Assembly (NCBI RefSeq): GCF_964355755.1
Contig: NC_092680.1
Span: forward strand, 11,222,001 to 11,286,000
Length of the DNA stretch: 64,000 nt
DNA from: Antedon mediterranea
Lineage: Eukaryota > Animalia > Echinodermata
Direction of reading: 5' to 3'
Shown: one piece after another, positions 30,001 to 45,000 of the stretch
Layout: each line of letters opens with the position of its first letter
How positions within the stretch are numbered: the stretch's first letter is position 1
Notes under the pieces: generated by a model
Database searches by the model: none
What the model was told of the DNA's origin: nothing
What the model saw: only the letters and a program-made list of their open reading frames with translations
Position numbers and translations under genes: made by a program

Positions 30001-33000
30001 TAACAAGTTTTTTCGAAAATCACAAAATGGTCTAAAACGTCTTCAAATGCGATTTGAAGCTATTCTGTACACTTTGATGTTTTGTGTGAAAAAGTTTTGT
30101 CGAAATGCTCAAAATGGTCTAAAACGTTTTTAAATACGATATAAAGCTATTTTGTGATCTTTGATGTTTTTGTGTGAAAAGTTTTATCGAAATGCTCAAA
30201 ATGGTCTAAAACGGTTTCTAATGCGATTTGAAGCTATTCTGTACCCTTTGAAGTTTTTTGTGAAAAAGTTTTCTCGAAATGCTCAAAATGGTCTAAAAAG
30301 TTTTTATATACCATATTAAGCTATTTTGTGCACTTTGATGTTTTTTGTGAAAAGTTTTATCGAAATGCTCAAAATGGTCTAAAACGGTTTCTATTGGGAT
30401 TTTAAGCACTTTGATGATTTTGTGTAACCAAGTTTCATCGAAATGTACAAAATGGTCTAAAACGTCTCCAAATGCGATTTGAAGCTATTCTAAGTACTTT
30501 TGTGTTTTTATGTTAACAAGTTTTTTCGAAAATCACAAAATGGTCTAAAACGTCTTCAAATGCGATTTGAAGCTATTCTGTAACACTTTTATGTTTTGTG
30601 TGAAAAAGTTTTGTCGAAATTCTCAAAATGGTCTAAAACGTTTTTAAATACGATATTAAGCTGTTTTGTGCACTTTGATGATTTGTGTGAAAAGTTTTAA
30701 CGAAATGCTCAAAATGGTCAAAAACGGTTTCTAATGTGATTTTAAGCACTTTGATGTTTTTGTGTAACCAAGTTTTTTCAAAAATCACAAAATGGTCTAA
30801 AACGTCTCCAAATGCGATTTGAAGCTTTTCTAAGCACTTTGGTGTTTTTATGTTAACAAGTTTTTTCGAAAATCACAAAATGGTCTAAAACGTCTCCAAA
30901 TGCGATTTGAAGATATTCTGAGCACTTTGGTTTTTTTATGTTAAAAAGTTTTTTCGAAAATCACAAAATAGTCTAAAACGTCTCCAAATGCGATTTGAAG
31001 CTATTCTGTACACTTTGATGTTTTGTGTGAAAAAGTTTTGTCGAAATGCTCAAAATGGTCTAAAACGTTTTTAAAATGATATTAAGCTATTTTGTGCTCT
31101 TTGATGTTTTTGTGTAACCAAGTTTCATCGAAAATCACAAAAAGGTCTAAAACGTCTCAAAATGCGATTTGAAGCTTTTCTAAGCACTTTGGTGTTTTTA
31201 TGTTAACAAGTTTTTTCGAAAATCACGAAATGGTCTAAAATGTCTCCAAATGCGATTTGAAGATATTCTGAGCACTTTGGTGTTTTTATGTTAAAAAGTT
31301 TTATCGAAAATCACAAAATGGTCTAAAACGTCTCCAAATGCGATTTGAAGCTCTTCTGTACACTTTGATGTTTTGTGTGAAAAAGTTTTGTCGAAATGCT
31401 CAAAATGGTCTAAAACGTTTTTAAATACGATATTAAGCTGTTTTGTGCACTTTGATGATTTGTGTGAAAAGTTTTAACGAAATGCTCAAAATGGTCTAAA
31501 ACGGTTTCTAATGTGATTTTAAGCACTTTGATGTTTTTGTGTAACCAAGTTTTATCGAAAATCACAAAATAGTCTAAAACGTCTCCAAATGCGATTTGAA
31601 GCTTTTCTAAGCACTTTGGTGTTTTTATGTTAACAAGTTTTTTCGAAAATCACAAAATGGTCTAAAACGACTCCAAATGCGATTTGAAGCTATTCTGTAC
31701 ACTTTGATGTTTTGTGTGAAAAAGTTTTGTCGAAATGCTCAAAATGGTCTAAAACATTTTTAAATACGATATTAAGCTATTTTGTGATCTTTGATGTTTT
31801 TGTGTGAAAAGTTTTATCCAAATGCTCAAAATGGTCTAAAACGGTTTCTATTGTGATTTTAAGCACTTTGATGATTTTGTGTAACCAAGTTTCATCGAAA
31901 TGTACAAAATGGTCTAAAACGTCTCCAAATGCGATTTGAAGCTATTCTAAGTACTTTTGTGTTTTTATGTTAACAAGTTTTTTCGAAAATCACAAAATGG
32001 TCTAAAACGTCTTCAAATGCGATTTGAAGCTATTCTGTACACTTTGATGTTTTGTGTGAAAAAGTTTTGTCAAAATGCTCAAAATGGTCTAAAACGTTTT
32101 TAAAACGATATTTAGCTATTTTGTGCTCTTTGATGTTTTTGTGTAACCAAGTTTCATCGAAAATCACAACATGGTCTAAAACGTCTCCAAATGCGATTTG
32201 AAGCTTTTCTAAGCACTTTGGTGTTTTTATGTTAACAAGTTTTTTCGAAAATCACAAAATGGTCTAAAACGTCTCCAAATGCGATTTGAAGCTATTCTAA
32301 GTACTTTTGTGTTTTTATGTTAACAAGTTTTTTCGAAAATCACAAAATGGTCTAAAACGTCTCCAAATGCGATTTAAAGCTCTTCTGTACACTTTGATGT
32401 TTTGTGTGAAAAAGTTTTGTCGAAATGCTCAAAATGGTCTAAAACGTTTTCAAATACGATATTGAGCTGTTTTGTGCACTTTGATGATTTGTGTGAAAAG
32501 TTTTAACGAAATGCTCAAAATGGTCTAAAACGGTTTCTAATGTGATTTTAAGCACTTTGGTGTTTTTATGTTAACAAGTTTTTTTCGAAAATCACAAAAT
32601 GGTCTAAAACGTCTCCAAATGCGATTTGAGGATATTCTGAGAACTTTGGTGTTTTTTTGTTAAAAAGTTTTTTCGAAAATCACAAAATGGTCTAAAACGT
32701 CTCCAAATGCGATTTGAAGCTATTCTGTACACTTTGATGTTTTGTGTGAAAAAGTTTTGTCGAAATGCTCAAAATGGTCTAAAACGTTTTTAAATACGAT
32801 ATTAAGCTATTTTGTGATCTTTGATGTTTTTGTGTGAAAAGTTTTATCGAAATGCTCAAAATGGTCTAAAACGTTTTTAAAACGATATTAAGCTATTTTG
32901 TGCTCTTTGATGTTTTTGTGTAACCAAGTTTCATCGAAAATCACAAAATGGTCTAAAACGTCGCCAAATGCGATTTGAAGCTTTTCTAAGCACTTTGGTG

Positions 33001-36000
33001 TTTTTATGTTAACAAGTTTTTTCGAAAATCACAAAATGGTCTAAAACGTCTCCAAATGCGATTTGAAGATATTCTGAGCACTTTGGTGTTTTTATGTTAA
33101 AAAGTTTTTTCGAAAATCACAAAATAGTCTAAAACGTCTCCAAATGCGATTTGAAGCTATTCTGTACACTTTGATGTTTTGTGTGAAAAAGTTTTGTCGA
33201 AATGCTCAAAATGGTCTAAAACGTTTTTAAAACGATATTAAGCTATTTTGTGCTCTTTGATGTTTTTGTGTAACCAAGTTTCATCGAAAATCACAAAAAG
33301 GTCTAAAACGTCTCAAAATGCGATTTGAAGCTTTTCTAAGCACTTTGGTGTTTTTATGTTAACAAGTTTTTTCGAAAATCACGAAATGGTCTAAAATGTC
33401 TCCAAATGCGATTTGAAGATATTCTGAGCACTAAGGTGTTTTTATGTTAAAAAGTTTTATCGAAAATCACAAAATGGTCTAAAACGTCTCCAAATGCGAT
33501 TTGAAGCTCTTCTGTACACTTTGATGTTTTGTGTGAAAAAGTTTTGTCGAAATGCTCAAAATGGTCTAAAACGTTTTTAAATACGATATTAAGCTGTTTT
33601 GTGCACTTTGATGATTTGTGTGAAAAGTTTTAACGAAATGCTCAAAATGGTCTAAAACGGTTTCTAATGTGATTTTAAGCACTTTGATGTTTTTGTGTAA
33701 CCAAGTTTTATCGAAAATCACAAAATAGTCTAAAACGTCTCCAAATGCGATTTGAAGCTTTTCTAAGCACTTTGGTGTTTTTATGTTAACAAGTTTTTTC
33801 GAAAATCACAAAATGGTCTAAAACGTCTCCAAATGCGATTTGAGGATATTCTGAGCACTTTGGTGTTTTTTTGTTAAAAAGTTTTTTCGAAAATCACAAA
33901 ATGGTCTAAAACGACTCCAAATGCGATTTGAAGCTATTCTGTACACTTTGATGTTTTGTGTGAAAAAGTTTTGTCGAAATGCTCAAAATGGTCTAAAACA
34001 TTTTTAAATACGATATTAAGCTATTTTGTGATCTTTGATGTTTTTGTGTGAAAAGTTTTATCCAAATGCTCAAAATGGTCTAAAACGGTTTCTATTGTGA
34101 TTTTAAGCACTTTGATGATTTTGTGTAACCAAGTTTCATCGAAATGTACAAAATGGTCTAAAACGTCTCCAAATGCGATTTGAAGCTATTCTAAGTACTT
34201 TTGTGTTTTTATGTTAAAAAGTTTTTTCGAAAATCACAAAATGGTCTAAAACGTCTTCAAATGCGATTTGAAGCTATTCTGTACACTTTGATGTTTTGTG
34301 TGAAAAAGTTTTGTCAAAATGCTCAAAATGGTCTAAAACGTTTTTAAAACGATATTTAGCTATTTTGTGCTCTTTGATGTTTTTGTGTAACCAAGTTTCA
34401 TCGAAAATCACAACATGGTCTAAAACGTCTCCAAATGCGATTTGAAGCTTTTCTAAGCACTTTTGTGTTTTTATGTTAACAAGTTTTTTCGAAAATCACA
34501 AAATGGTCTAAAACGTCTCCAAATGCGATTTGAAGCTCTTCTGTACACTTTGATGTTTTGTTTGAAAAAGTTTTGTCGAAATTCTCAAAATGGTCTAAAA
34601 CGTTTTTAAATACGATATTAAGCTGTTTTGTGCACTTTGATGATTTGTGTGAAAAGTTTTAACGAAATGCTCAAAATGGTCTAAAACGGTTTCTAATGTG
34701 ATTTTAAGCACTTTGATGTTTTTGTGTAACCAAGTTTTTTCGAAAATCACAAAATAGTCTAAAACGTCTCCAAATGCGATTTGAAGCTTTTCTAAGCACT
34801 TTGGTGTTTTTATGTTAACAAGTTTTTTCGAAAATCACAAAATGGTCTAAAACGTCTCCAAATGCGATTTGAAGCTATTCTAAGTACTTTTGTGTTTTTA
34901 TGTTAACAAGTTTTTTCGAAAATCACAAAATGGTCTAAAACGTCTCCAAATGCGATTTAAAGCTCTTCTGTACACTTTGATGTTTTGTGTGAAAAAGTTT
35001 TGTCGAAATGCTCAAAATGGTCTAAAACGTTTTCAAATACGATATTAAGCTGTTTTGTGCACTTTGATGATTTGTGTGAAAAGTTTTAACGAAATGCTCA
35101 AAATGGTCTAAAACGGTTTCTAATGTGATTTTAAGCACTTTGGTGTTTTTATGTTAACAAGTTTTTTCGAAAATCACAAAATGGTCTAAAACGTCTCCAA
35201 ATGCGATTTGAGGATATTCTGAGAACTTTGGTGTTTTTTTGTTAAAAAGTTTTTTCGAAAATCACAAAATGGTCTAAAACGTCTCCAAATGCGATTTGAA
35301 GCTATTCTGTACACTTTGATGTTTTGTGTGAAAAAGTTTTGTCGAAATGCTCAAAATGGTCTAAAACGTTTTTAAATACGATATTAAGCTATTTTGTGAT
35401 CTTTGATGTTTTTGTGTGAAAAGTTTTATCGAAATGCTCAAAATGGTCTAAAACGTTTTTAAAACGATATTAAGCTATTTTGTGCTCTTTGATGTTTTTG
35501 TGTAACCAAGTTTCATCGAAAATCACAAAATGGTCTAAAACGTCGCCAAATGCGATTTGAAGCTTTTCTAAGCACTTTGGTGTTTTTATGTTAACAAGTT
35601 TTTTCGAAAATCACAAAATGGTCTAAAACGTCTCCAAATGCAATTTGAAGATATTCTGAGCTCTTTGGTGTTTTTATGTTAAAAAGTTTTTTCGAAAATC
35701 ACAAAATAGTCTAAAACGTCTCCAAATGCGATTTGAAGCTATTCTGTACACTTTGATGTTTTGTGTGAAAAAGTTTTGTCGAAATGCTCAAAATGGTCTA
35801 AAACGTTTTTAAAACGATATTAAGCTATTTTGTGCTCTTTGATGTTTTTGTGTAACCAAGTTTCATCGAAAATCACAAAATGGTCTAAAACGTCTCAAAA
35901 TGCGATTTGAAGCTTTTCTAAGCACTTTGGTGTTTTTATGTTAACAAGTTTTTTCGAAAATCACGAAATGGTCTAAAATGTCTCCAAATGCGATTTGAAG

Positions 36001-39000
36001 ATATTCTGAGCACTTTGGGGTTTTTATGTTAAAAAGTTTTTTCGAAAATCACAAAATGGTCTAAAACGTCTCCAAATGCGATTTGAAGCTCTTCTGTACA
36101 CTTTGATGTTTTGTGTGAAAAAGTTTTGTCGAAATGCTCAAAATGGTCTAAAACGTTTTTAAATACGATATTAAGCTGTTTTGTGCACTTTGATGATTTG
36201 TGTGAAAAGTTTTAACGAAATGCTCAAAATGGTCTAAAACGGTTTCTAATGTGATTTTAAGCACTTTGATGTTTTTGTGTAACCAAGTTTTTTCGAAAAT
36301 CACAAAATAGTCTAAAACGTCTCCAAATGCGATTTGAAGCTTTTCTAAGCACTTTGGTGTTTTTATGTTAACAAGTTTTTTCGAAAATCACAAAATGGTC
36401 TAAAACGTCTCCAAATGCGATTTGAGGATATTCTGAGCACTTTGGTGTTTTTTTGTTAAAAAGTTTGTTCGAAAATCACAAAATGGTCTAAAACGTCTCC
36501 AAATGCGATTTGAAGCTATTCTGTACACTTTGATGTTTTGTGTGAAAAAGTTTTGTCGAAATGCTCAAAATGGTCTAAAACGTTTTTAAATACGATATTA
36601 AGCTATTTTGTGATCTTTGATGTTTTTGTGTGAAAAGTTTTATCGAAATGCTCAAAATGGTCTAAAACGGTTTCTATTGTGATTTTAAGCACTTTGATGA
36701 TTTTGTGTAACCAAGTTTCATCGAAATGTACAAAATGGTCTAAAACGTCTCCAAATGCGATTTGAAGCTATTCTAAGTACTTTTGTGTTTTTATGTTAAC
36801 AAGTTTTTTCGAAAATCACAAAATCGTCTAAAACGTCTTCAAATGCGATTTGAAGCTATTCTGTACATTTTGATGTTTTGTGTGAAAAAGTTTTGTCAAA
36901 ATGCTCAAAATGGTCTAAAACGTTTTTAAAACGATATTAAGCTATTTTGTGCTTTTTGATGTTTTTGTGTAACCAAGTTTCATCGAAAATCACAAAATGG
37001 TCTAAAACGTCTCCAAATGCGATTTGAAGCTTTTCTAAGCACTTTGGTGTTTTTATGTTAACAAGTTTTTTCGAAAATCACAAAATGGTCTAAAACGTCT
37101 CCAAATGCAATTTGAAGCTCTTCTGTACACTTTGATGTTTTGTTTGAAAAAGTTTTGTCGAAATTCTCAAAATGGTCTAAAACGTTTTTAAATACGATAT
37201 TAAGCTGTTTTGTGCACTTTGACGATTTGTGTGAAAAGTTTTAACGAAATGCTCAAAATGGTCTAAAACGGTTTCTAATGTGATTTTAAGCACTTTGATG
37301 TTTTTGTGTAACCAAGTTTTATCGAAAATCACAAAATAGTCTAAAACGTCTCCAAATGCGATTTGAAGCTTTTCTAAGCACTTTGGTGTTTTTATGTTAA
37401 CAAGTTTTTTCGAAAATCACAAAATGGTCTAAAACGTCTCCAAATGCGATTTGAAGCTATTCTAAGTACTTTTGTGTTTTTATGTTAACAAGTTTTTTCG
37501 AAAATCACAAAATGGTCTAAAACGTCTTCAAATGCGATTTGAAGCTATTCTGTACACTTTGATGTTTTGTGTGAAAAAGTTTTGTCAAAATGCTCAAAAT
37601 GGTCTAAAACGTTTTTAAAACGATATTAAGCTATTTTGTGCTCTTTGATGTTTTTGTGTAACCAAGTTTCATCGAAAATCACAAAATGGTCTAAAACGTC
37701 TCCAAATGCGATTTGAAGCTTTTCTAAGCACTTTGGTGTTTTTATGTTAACAAGTTTTTTCGAAAATCACAAAATGGTCTAAATCGTCTCCAAATGCGAT
37801 TTGAAGCTCTTCTGTACACTTTGATGTTTTGTTTGAAAAAGTTTTGTCGAAATTCTCAAAATGGTCTAAAACGTTTTTAAATACGATATTAAGCTGTTTT
37901 GTGCACTTTGATGATTTGTGTGAAAAGTTTTAACGAAATGCTCAAAATGGTCTAAAACGGTTTCTAATGTGATTTTAAGCACTTTGATGTTTTTGTGTAA
38001 CCAAGTTTTTTCGAAAATCACAAAATAGTCTAAAACGTCTCCAAATGCGATTTGAAGCTTTTCTAAGCACTTTGGTGTTTTTATGTTAACAAGTTTTTTC
38101 GAAAATCACAAAATGGTCGAAAACGTCTCAAAATGCGATTTGAGGATATTCTGAGCACTTTGGTGTTTTTATGTTAAAAAGTTTTTTCGAAAATCACAAA
38201 ATAGTCTAAAACGTCTCCAAATGCGATTTGAAGCTATTCTGTACACTTTGATGTTTTGTGTGAAAAAGTTTTGTCGAAATGCTCAAAATGGTCTAAAACG
38301 TTTTTAAAACGATATTAAGCTATTTTGTGCTCTTTGATGTTTTTGTGTAACCAAGTTTCATCGAAAATCACAAAATGGTCTAAAACGTCTCAAAATGCGA
38401 TTTGAAGCTTTTCTAAGCACTTTGGTGTTTTTATGTTAACAAGTTTTTTCGAAAATCACGAAATGGTCTAAAATGTCTCCAAATGCGATTTGAAGATATT
38501 CTGAGCACTTTGGTGTTTTTATGTTAAAAAGTTTTTTCGAAAATCACAAAATGGTCTAAAACGTCTCAAAATGCGATTTGAAGCTCTTCTGTACAATTTG
38601 ATGTTTTGTGTGAAAAAGTTTTGTCGAAATGCTCAAAATGGTCTAAAACGTTTTTAAATACGATATTAAGCTGTTTTGTGCACTTTGATGATTTGTGTGA
38701 AAAGTTTTAACGAAATGCTCAAAATGGTCTAAAACGGTTTCTAATGTGATTTTAAGCACTTTGATGTTTTTGTGTAACCAAGTTTTATCGAAAATCACAA
38801 AATAGTCTAAAACGTCTCCAAATGCGATTTGAAGCTTTTCTAAGCACTTTGGTGTTTTTATGTTAACAAGTTTTTTCGAAAATCACAAAATGGTCTAAAA
38901 CGTCTCCAAATGCGATTTGAGGATATTCTGAGCACTTTGGTGTTTTTTTGTTAAAAAGTTTTTTCGAAAATCACAAAATGGTCTAAAACGTCTCCAAATG

Positions 39001-42000
39001 CGATTTGAAGCTATTCTGTACACTTTGATGTTTTGTGTGAAAAAGTTTTGTCGAAATGCTCAAAATGGTCTAAAACATTTTTAAATACGATATTAAGCTA
39101 TTTTGTGATCTTTGATGTTTTTGTGTGAAAAGTTTTATCGAAATGCTCAAAATGGTCTAAAACGGTTTCTATTGTGATTTTAAGCACTTTGATGATTTTG
39201 TGTAACCAAGTTTCATCGAAATGTACAAAATGGTCTAAAACGTCTCCAAATGCGATTTGAAGCTATTCTAAGTACTTTTGTGTTTTTATGTTAACAAGTT
39301 TTTTCGAAAATCACAAAATGGTCTAAAACGTCTTCAAATGCGATTTGAAGCTATTCTGTACACTTTGATGTTTTGTGTGAAAAAGTTTTGTCAAAATGCT
39401 CAAAATGGTCTAAAACGTTTTTAAAACGATATTAAGCTATTTTGTGCTCTTTGATGTTTTTGTGTAACCAAGTTTCATCGAAAATCACAACATGGTCTAA
39501 AACGTCTCCAAATGCGATTTGAAGCTTTTCTAAGCACTTTGGTGTTTTTATGTTAACAAGTTTTTTCGAAAATCACAAAATGGTCTAAAACGTCTCCAAA
39601 TGCGATTTGAAGCTCTTCTGTACACTTTGATGTTTTGTTTGAAAAAGTTTTGTCGAAATTCTCAAAATGGTCTAAAACGTTTTTAAATACGATATTAAGC
39701 TGTTTTGTGCACTTTGATGATTTGTGTGAAAAGTTTTAACGAAATGCTCAAAATGGTCTAAAACGGTTTCTAATGTGATTTTAAGCACTTTGATGTTTTT
39801 GTGTAACCAAGTTTTTTCGAAAATCACAAAATAGTCTGAAACGTCTCCAAATGCGATTTGAAGCTATTCTGTACACTTTTATGTTTTGTGTGAAAAAGTT
39901 TTGTCGAAATGCTCAAAATGGTCTAAAACGTTTTAATATACCATATTAAGCTATTTTGTGCACTTTGATGTTTTTTGTGAAAAGTTTTATCGAAATCCTC
40001 AAAATGGTCTAAAACGGTTTCTATTGTGATTTTAAGCACTTTGATGATTTTGTGTAACCAAGTTTCATCGAAATGTACAAAATGGTCTAAAACGTCTCCA
40101 AATGCGATTTGAAGCTATTCTAAGTACTTTTGTGTTTTTATGTTAACAAGTTTTTTTTTAAATCACAAAATGGTCTAAAACGTCTTCAAATGCGATTTGA
40201 AGCTATTCTGTACACTTTGATGTTTTGTGTGAAAAAGTTTTGTCGAAATGCTCAAAATGGTCTAAAACGTTTTTAAATACGATATTAAGCTATTTTGTGA
40301 TCTTTGATGTTTTTGTGTGAAAAGTTTTATCGAAATGCTCAAAATGGTCTAAAACGGTTTCTATTGTGATTTTAAGCACTTTGATGATTTTGTGTAACCA
40401 AGTTTCATCGAAATGTACAAAATGGTCTAAAACGTCTCCAAATGCGATTTGAAGCTATTCGAAGTACTTTTGTGTTTTTATGTTAACAAGTTTTTTCGAA
40501 AATCACAAAATGGTCTAAAACGTCTTCAAATGCGATTTGAAGCTATTCTGTACACTTTGATGTTTTGTGTGAAAAAGTTTTGTCGAAATGCTCAAAATGG
40601 TCTAAAACGTTTTTAAATACGATATTAAGCTATTTTGTGCTCTTTGATGTTTTTGTGTAACCAAGTTTCATCGAAAATCACAAAATGGTCTAAAACGTCT
40701 TCAAATGCGATTTGAAGCTATTCTGTACACTTTGATGTTTTGTGTGAAAAAGTTTTGTCAAAATGCTCAAAATGGTCTAAAACGTTTTTAAAACGATATT
40801 AAGCTATTTTGTGCTCTTTGATGTTTTTGTGTAACCAAGTTTCATCGAAAATCACAAAATGGTCTAAAACGTCTCCAAATGCGATTTGAAGCTTTTCTAA
40901 GCACTTTGGTGTTTTTATGTTAACAAGTTTTTTCGAAAATCACGAAATGGTCTAAAATGTCTCCAAATGCGATTTGAAGATATTCTGAGCACTCAGATGT
41001 TTTTGTGTGAAAAGTTTTATCGAAATGCTCAAAATGGTCTAAAACGGTTTCTAATGCGATTTGAAGCTATTCTGTACACTTTGAAGTTTTTTGTGAAAAA
41101 GTTTTCTCGAAATGCTCAAAATGGTCTAAAACGTTTTTATATACCATATTAAGCTATTTTGTGCACTTTTATGTTTTGTGTGAAAAAGTTTTGTTGAAAT
41201 TCTCAAAATGGTCTAAAACGTTTTTAAATACGATATTAAGCTGTTTTGTGCACTTTGATGATTTGTGTGAAAAGTTTTAACGAAATGCTCAAAATGGTCA
41301 AAAACGGTTTCTAATGTGATTTTAAGCACTTTGATGTTTTTGTGTAACCAAGTTTTTTCAAAAATCACAAAATGGTCTAAAACGTCTCCAAATGCGATTT
41401 GAAGCTTTTCTAAGCACTTTGGTGTTTTTATGTTAACAAGTTTTTTCGAAAATCACAAAATGGTCTAAAACGTCTCCAAATGCGATTTGAAGCTATTCTG
41501 TACACTTTGATGTTTTGTGTGAAAAAGTTTTGTCGAAATGCTCAAAATGGTCTAAAACATTTTTAAATACGATATTAAGCTATTTTGTGATCTTTGATGT
41601 TTTTGTGTGAAAAGTTTTATCGAAATGCTCAAAATGGTCTAAAACGGTTTCTATTGTGATTTTAAGCACTTTGATGATTTTGTGTAACCAAGTTTCATCG
41701 AAATGTACAAAATGGTCTAAAACGTCTCCAAATGCGATTTGAAGCTATTCTAAGTACTTTTGTGTTTTTATGTTAACAAGTTTTTTCGAAAATCACAAAA
41801 TGGTCTAAAACGTCTTCAAATGCGATTTGAAGCTATTCTGTACACTTTGATGTTTTGTGTGAAAAAGTTTTGTCAAAATGCTCAAAATGGTCTAAAACGT
41901 TTTTAAAACGATATTAAGCTATTTTGTGCTCTTTGATGTTTTTGTGTAACCAAGTTTCATCGAAAATCACAACATGGTATAAAACGTCTCCAAATGCGAT

Positions 42001-45000
42001 TTGAAGCTTTTCTAAGCACTTTGGTGTTTTTATGTTAACAAGTTTTTTCGAAAATCACAAAATGGTCTAAAACGTCTCCAAATGCGATTTGAAGCTTTTC
42101 TAAGCACTTTGGTGTTTTTATGTTAACAAGTTTTTTCAAAAATCTTGAAATGGTCTAAAATGTCTCCAAATGCGATTTGAAGATATTCTGAGCACTTTGG
42201 TGTTTTTATGTTAAAAAGTTTTTTCGAAAATCACAAAATGGTCTAAAACGTCTCCAAATGCGATTTGAAGCTCTTCTGTACACTTTGATGTTTTGTGTGA
42301 AAAAGATTTGTCGATATGCTCAAAATGGTCTAAAACGTTTTTAAATACGATATTAAGCTGTTTTGTGCACTTTAATGATTTGTGTGAAAAGTTTTACGAA
42401 ATGCTCAAAATGGTCTAAAACGGTTTCTAATGTGATTTTAAGCACTTTGATGTTTTTGTGTAACCAAGTTTTTTCGAAAATCACAAAATGGTCTAAAACG
42501 TCTCCAAATGCGATTTCAAGCTTTTCTAAGCACTTTGGTGTTTTTATGTTAACAAGTTTTTTCGAAAATCACAAAATGGTCTAAAACGTCTCCAAATGCG
42601 ATTTGAGGATATTCTTAGCACTTTGGTGTTTTTATGTTATAAAGTTTTTTCGAAAATCACAAAATGGTCTAAAACGTCTCCAAATGCGATTTGAACCTAT
42701 TCTGTACACTTTGATGTTTTGTGTGAAAAAGTTTTGTCGAAATGCTCAAAATGGTCTAAAACGTTTTTAAAACGATATTAAGCTATTTTGTGCTCTTTGA
42801 TGTTTTTGTGTAACCAAGTTTCATCGAAATCAACAAAATGGTCTAATACGTCTCCAAATGCGATTTGAAGTTTTTCCAAGCACTTTGCTGTTTTTATGTT
42901 AACAAGTTTTTTCGAAAATCACAAAATGGTCTAAAACGTCTTCAAATGCGATTTGAAGCTATTCTGTACACTTTGATGTTTTGTGTGAAAAAGTTTTGTC
43001 GAAATGCTCAAAATGGTCTAAAACGTTTTTAAATACGATATAAAGCTATTTTGTGATCTTTGATGTTTTTGTGTGAAAAGTTTTATCGAAATGCTCAAAA
43101 TGGTCTAAAACGGTTTCTAATGCGATTTGAAGCTATTCTGTACCCTTTGAAGTTTTTTGTGAAAAAGTTTTCTCGAAATGCTCAAAATGGTCTAAAAAGT
43201 TTTTATATACCATATTAAGCTATTTTGTGCACTTTGATGTTTTTTGTGAAAAGTTTTATCGAAATGCTCAAAATGGTCTAAAACGGTTTCTTTTGGGATT
43301 TTAAGCACTTTGATGATTTTGTGTAACCAAGTTTCATCGAAATGTACAAAATGGTCTAAAACGTCTCCAAATGCGATTTGAAGCTATTCTAAGTACTTTT
43401 GTGTTTTTATGTTAACAAGTTTTTTCGAAAATCACAAAATGGTCTAAAACGTCTTCAAATGCGATTTGAAGCTATTCTGTAACACTTTTATGTTTTGTGT
43501 GAAAAAGTTTTGTCGAAATTCTCAAAATGGTCTAAAACGTTTTTAAATACGATATTAAGCTGTTTTGTGCACTTTGATGATTTGTGTGAAAAGTTTTAAC
43601 GAAATGCTCAAAATGGTCAAAAACGGTTTCTAATGTGATTTTAAGCACTTTGATGTTTTTGTGTAACCAAGTTTTTTCAAAAATCACAAAATGGTCTAAA
43701 ACGTCTCCAAATGCGATTTGAAGCTTTTCTAAGCACTTTGGTGTTTTTATGTTAACAAGTTTTTTCGAAAATCACAAAATGGTCTAAAACGTCTCCAAAT
43801 GCGATTTGAAGATATTCTGAGCACTTTGGTTTTTTTATGTTAAAAAGTTTTTTCGAAAATCACAAAATAGTCTAAAACGTCTCCAAATGCGATTTGAAGC
43901 TATTCTGTACACTTTGATGTTTTGTGTGAAAAAGTTTTGTCGAAATGCTCAAAATGGTCTAAAACGTTTTTAAAATGATATTAAGCTATTTTGTGCTCTT
44001 TGATGTTTTTGTGTAACCAAGTTTCATCGAAAATCACAAAAAGGTCTAAAACGTCTCAAAATGCGATTTGAAGCTTTTCTAAGCACTTTGGTGTTTTTAT
44101 GTTAACAAGTTTTTTCGAAAATCACGAAATGGTCTAAAATGTCTCCAAATGCGATTTGAAGATATTCTGAGCACTTTGGTGTTTTTATGTTAAAAAGTTT
44201 TATCGAAAATCACAAAATGGTCTAAAACGTCTCCAAATGCGATTTGAAGCTCTTCTGTACACTTTGATGTTTTGTGTGAAAAAGTTTTGTCGAAATGCTC
44301 AAAATGGTCTAAAACGTTTTTAAATACGATATTAAGCTGTTTTGTGCACTTTGATGATTTGTGTGAACAGTTTTAACGAAATGCTCAAAATGGTCTAAAA
44401 CGGTTTCTAATGTGATTTTAAGCACTTTGATGTTTTTGTGTAACCAAGTTTTATCGAAAATCACAAAATAGTCTAAAACGTCTCCAAATGCGATTTGAAG
44501 CTTTTCTAAGCACTTTGGTGTTTTTATGTTAACAAGTTTTTTCGAAAATCACAAAATGGTCTAAAACGTCTCCAAATGCGATTTGAGGATATTCTGAGCA
44601 CTTTGGTGTTTTTTTGTTAAAAAGTTTTTTCGAAAATCACAAAATGGTCTAAAACGACTCCAAATGCGATTTGAAGCTATTCTGTACACTTTGATGTTTT
44701 GTGTGAAAAAGTTTTGTCGAAATGCTCAAAATGGTCTAAAACATTTTTAAATACGATATTAAGCTATTTTGTGATCTTTGATGTTTTTGTGTGAAAAGTT
44801 TTATCCAAATGCTCAAAATGGTCTAAAACGGTTTCTATTGTGATTTTAAGCACTTTGATGATTTTGTGTAACCAAGTTTCATCGAAATGTACAAAATGGT
44901 CTAAAACGTCTCCAAATGCGATTTGAAGCTATTCTAAGTACTTTTGTGTTTTTATGTTAACAAGTTTTTTCGAAAATCACAAAATGGTCTAAAACGTCTT

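Noticed and set aside
925-42584. Repeated 61-73 aa ORFs (MCTLMICVKSF..., MRFEDILSTQ..., MLTSFFRKSQ...)
   Set aside because: Chance open frames in satellite monomers. They are useful only as duplication markers.
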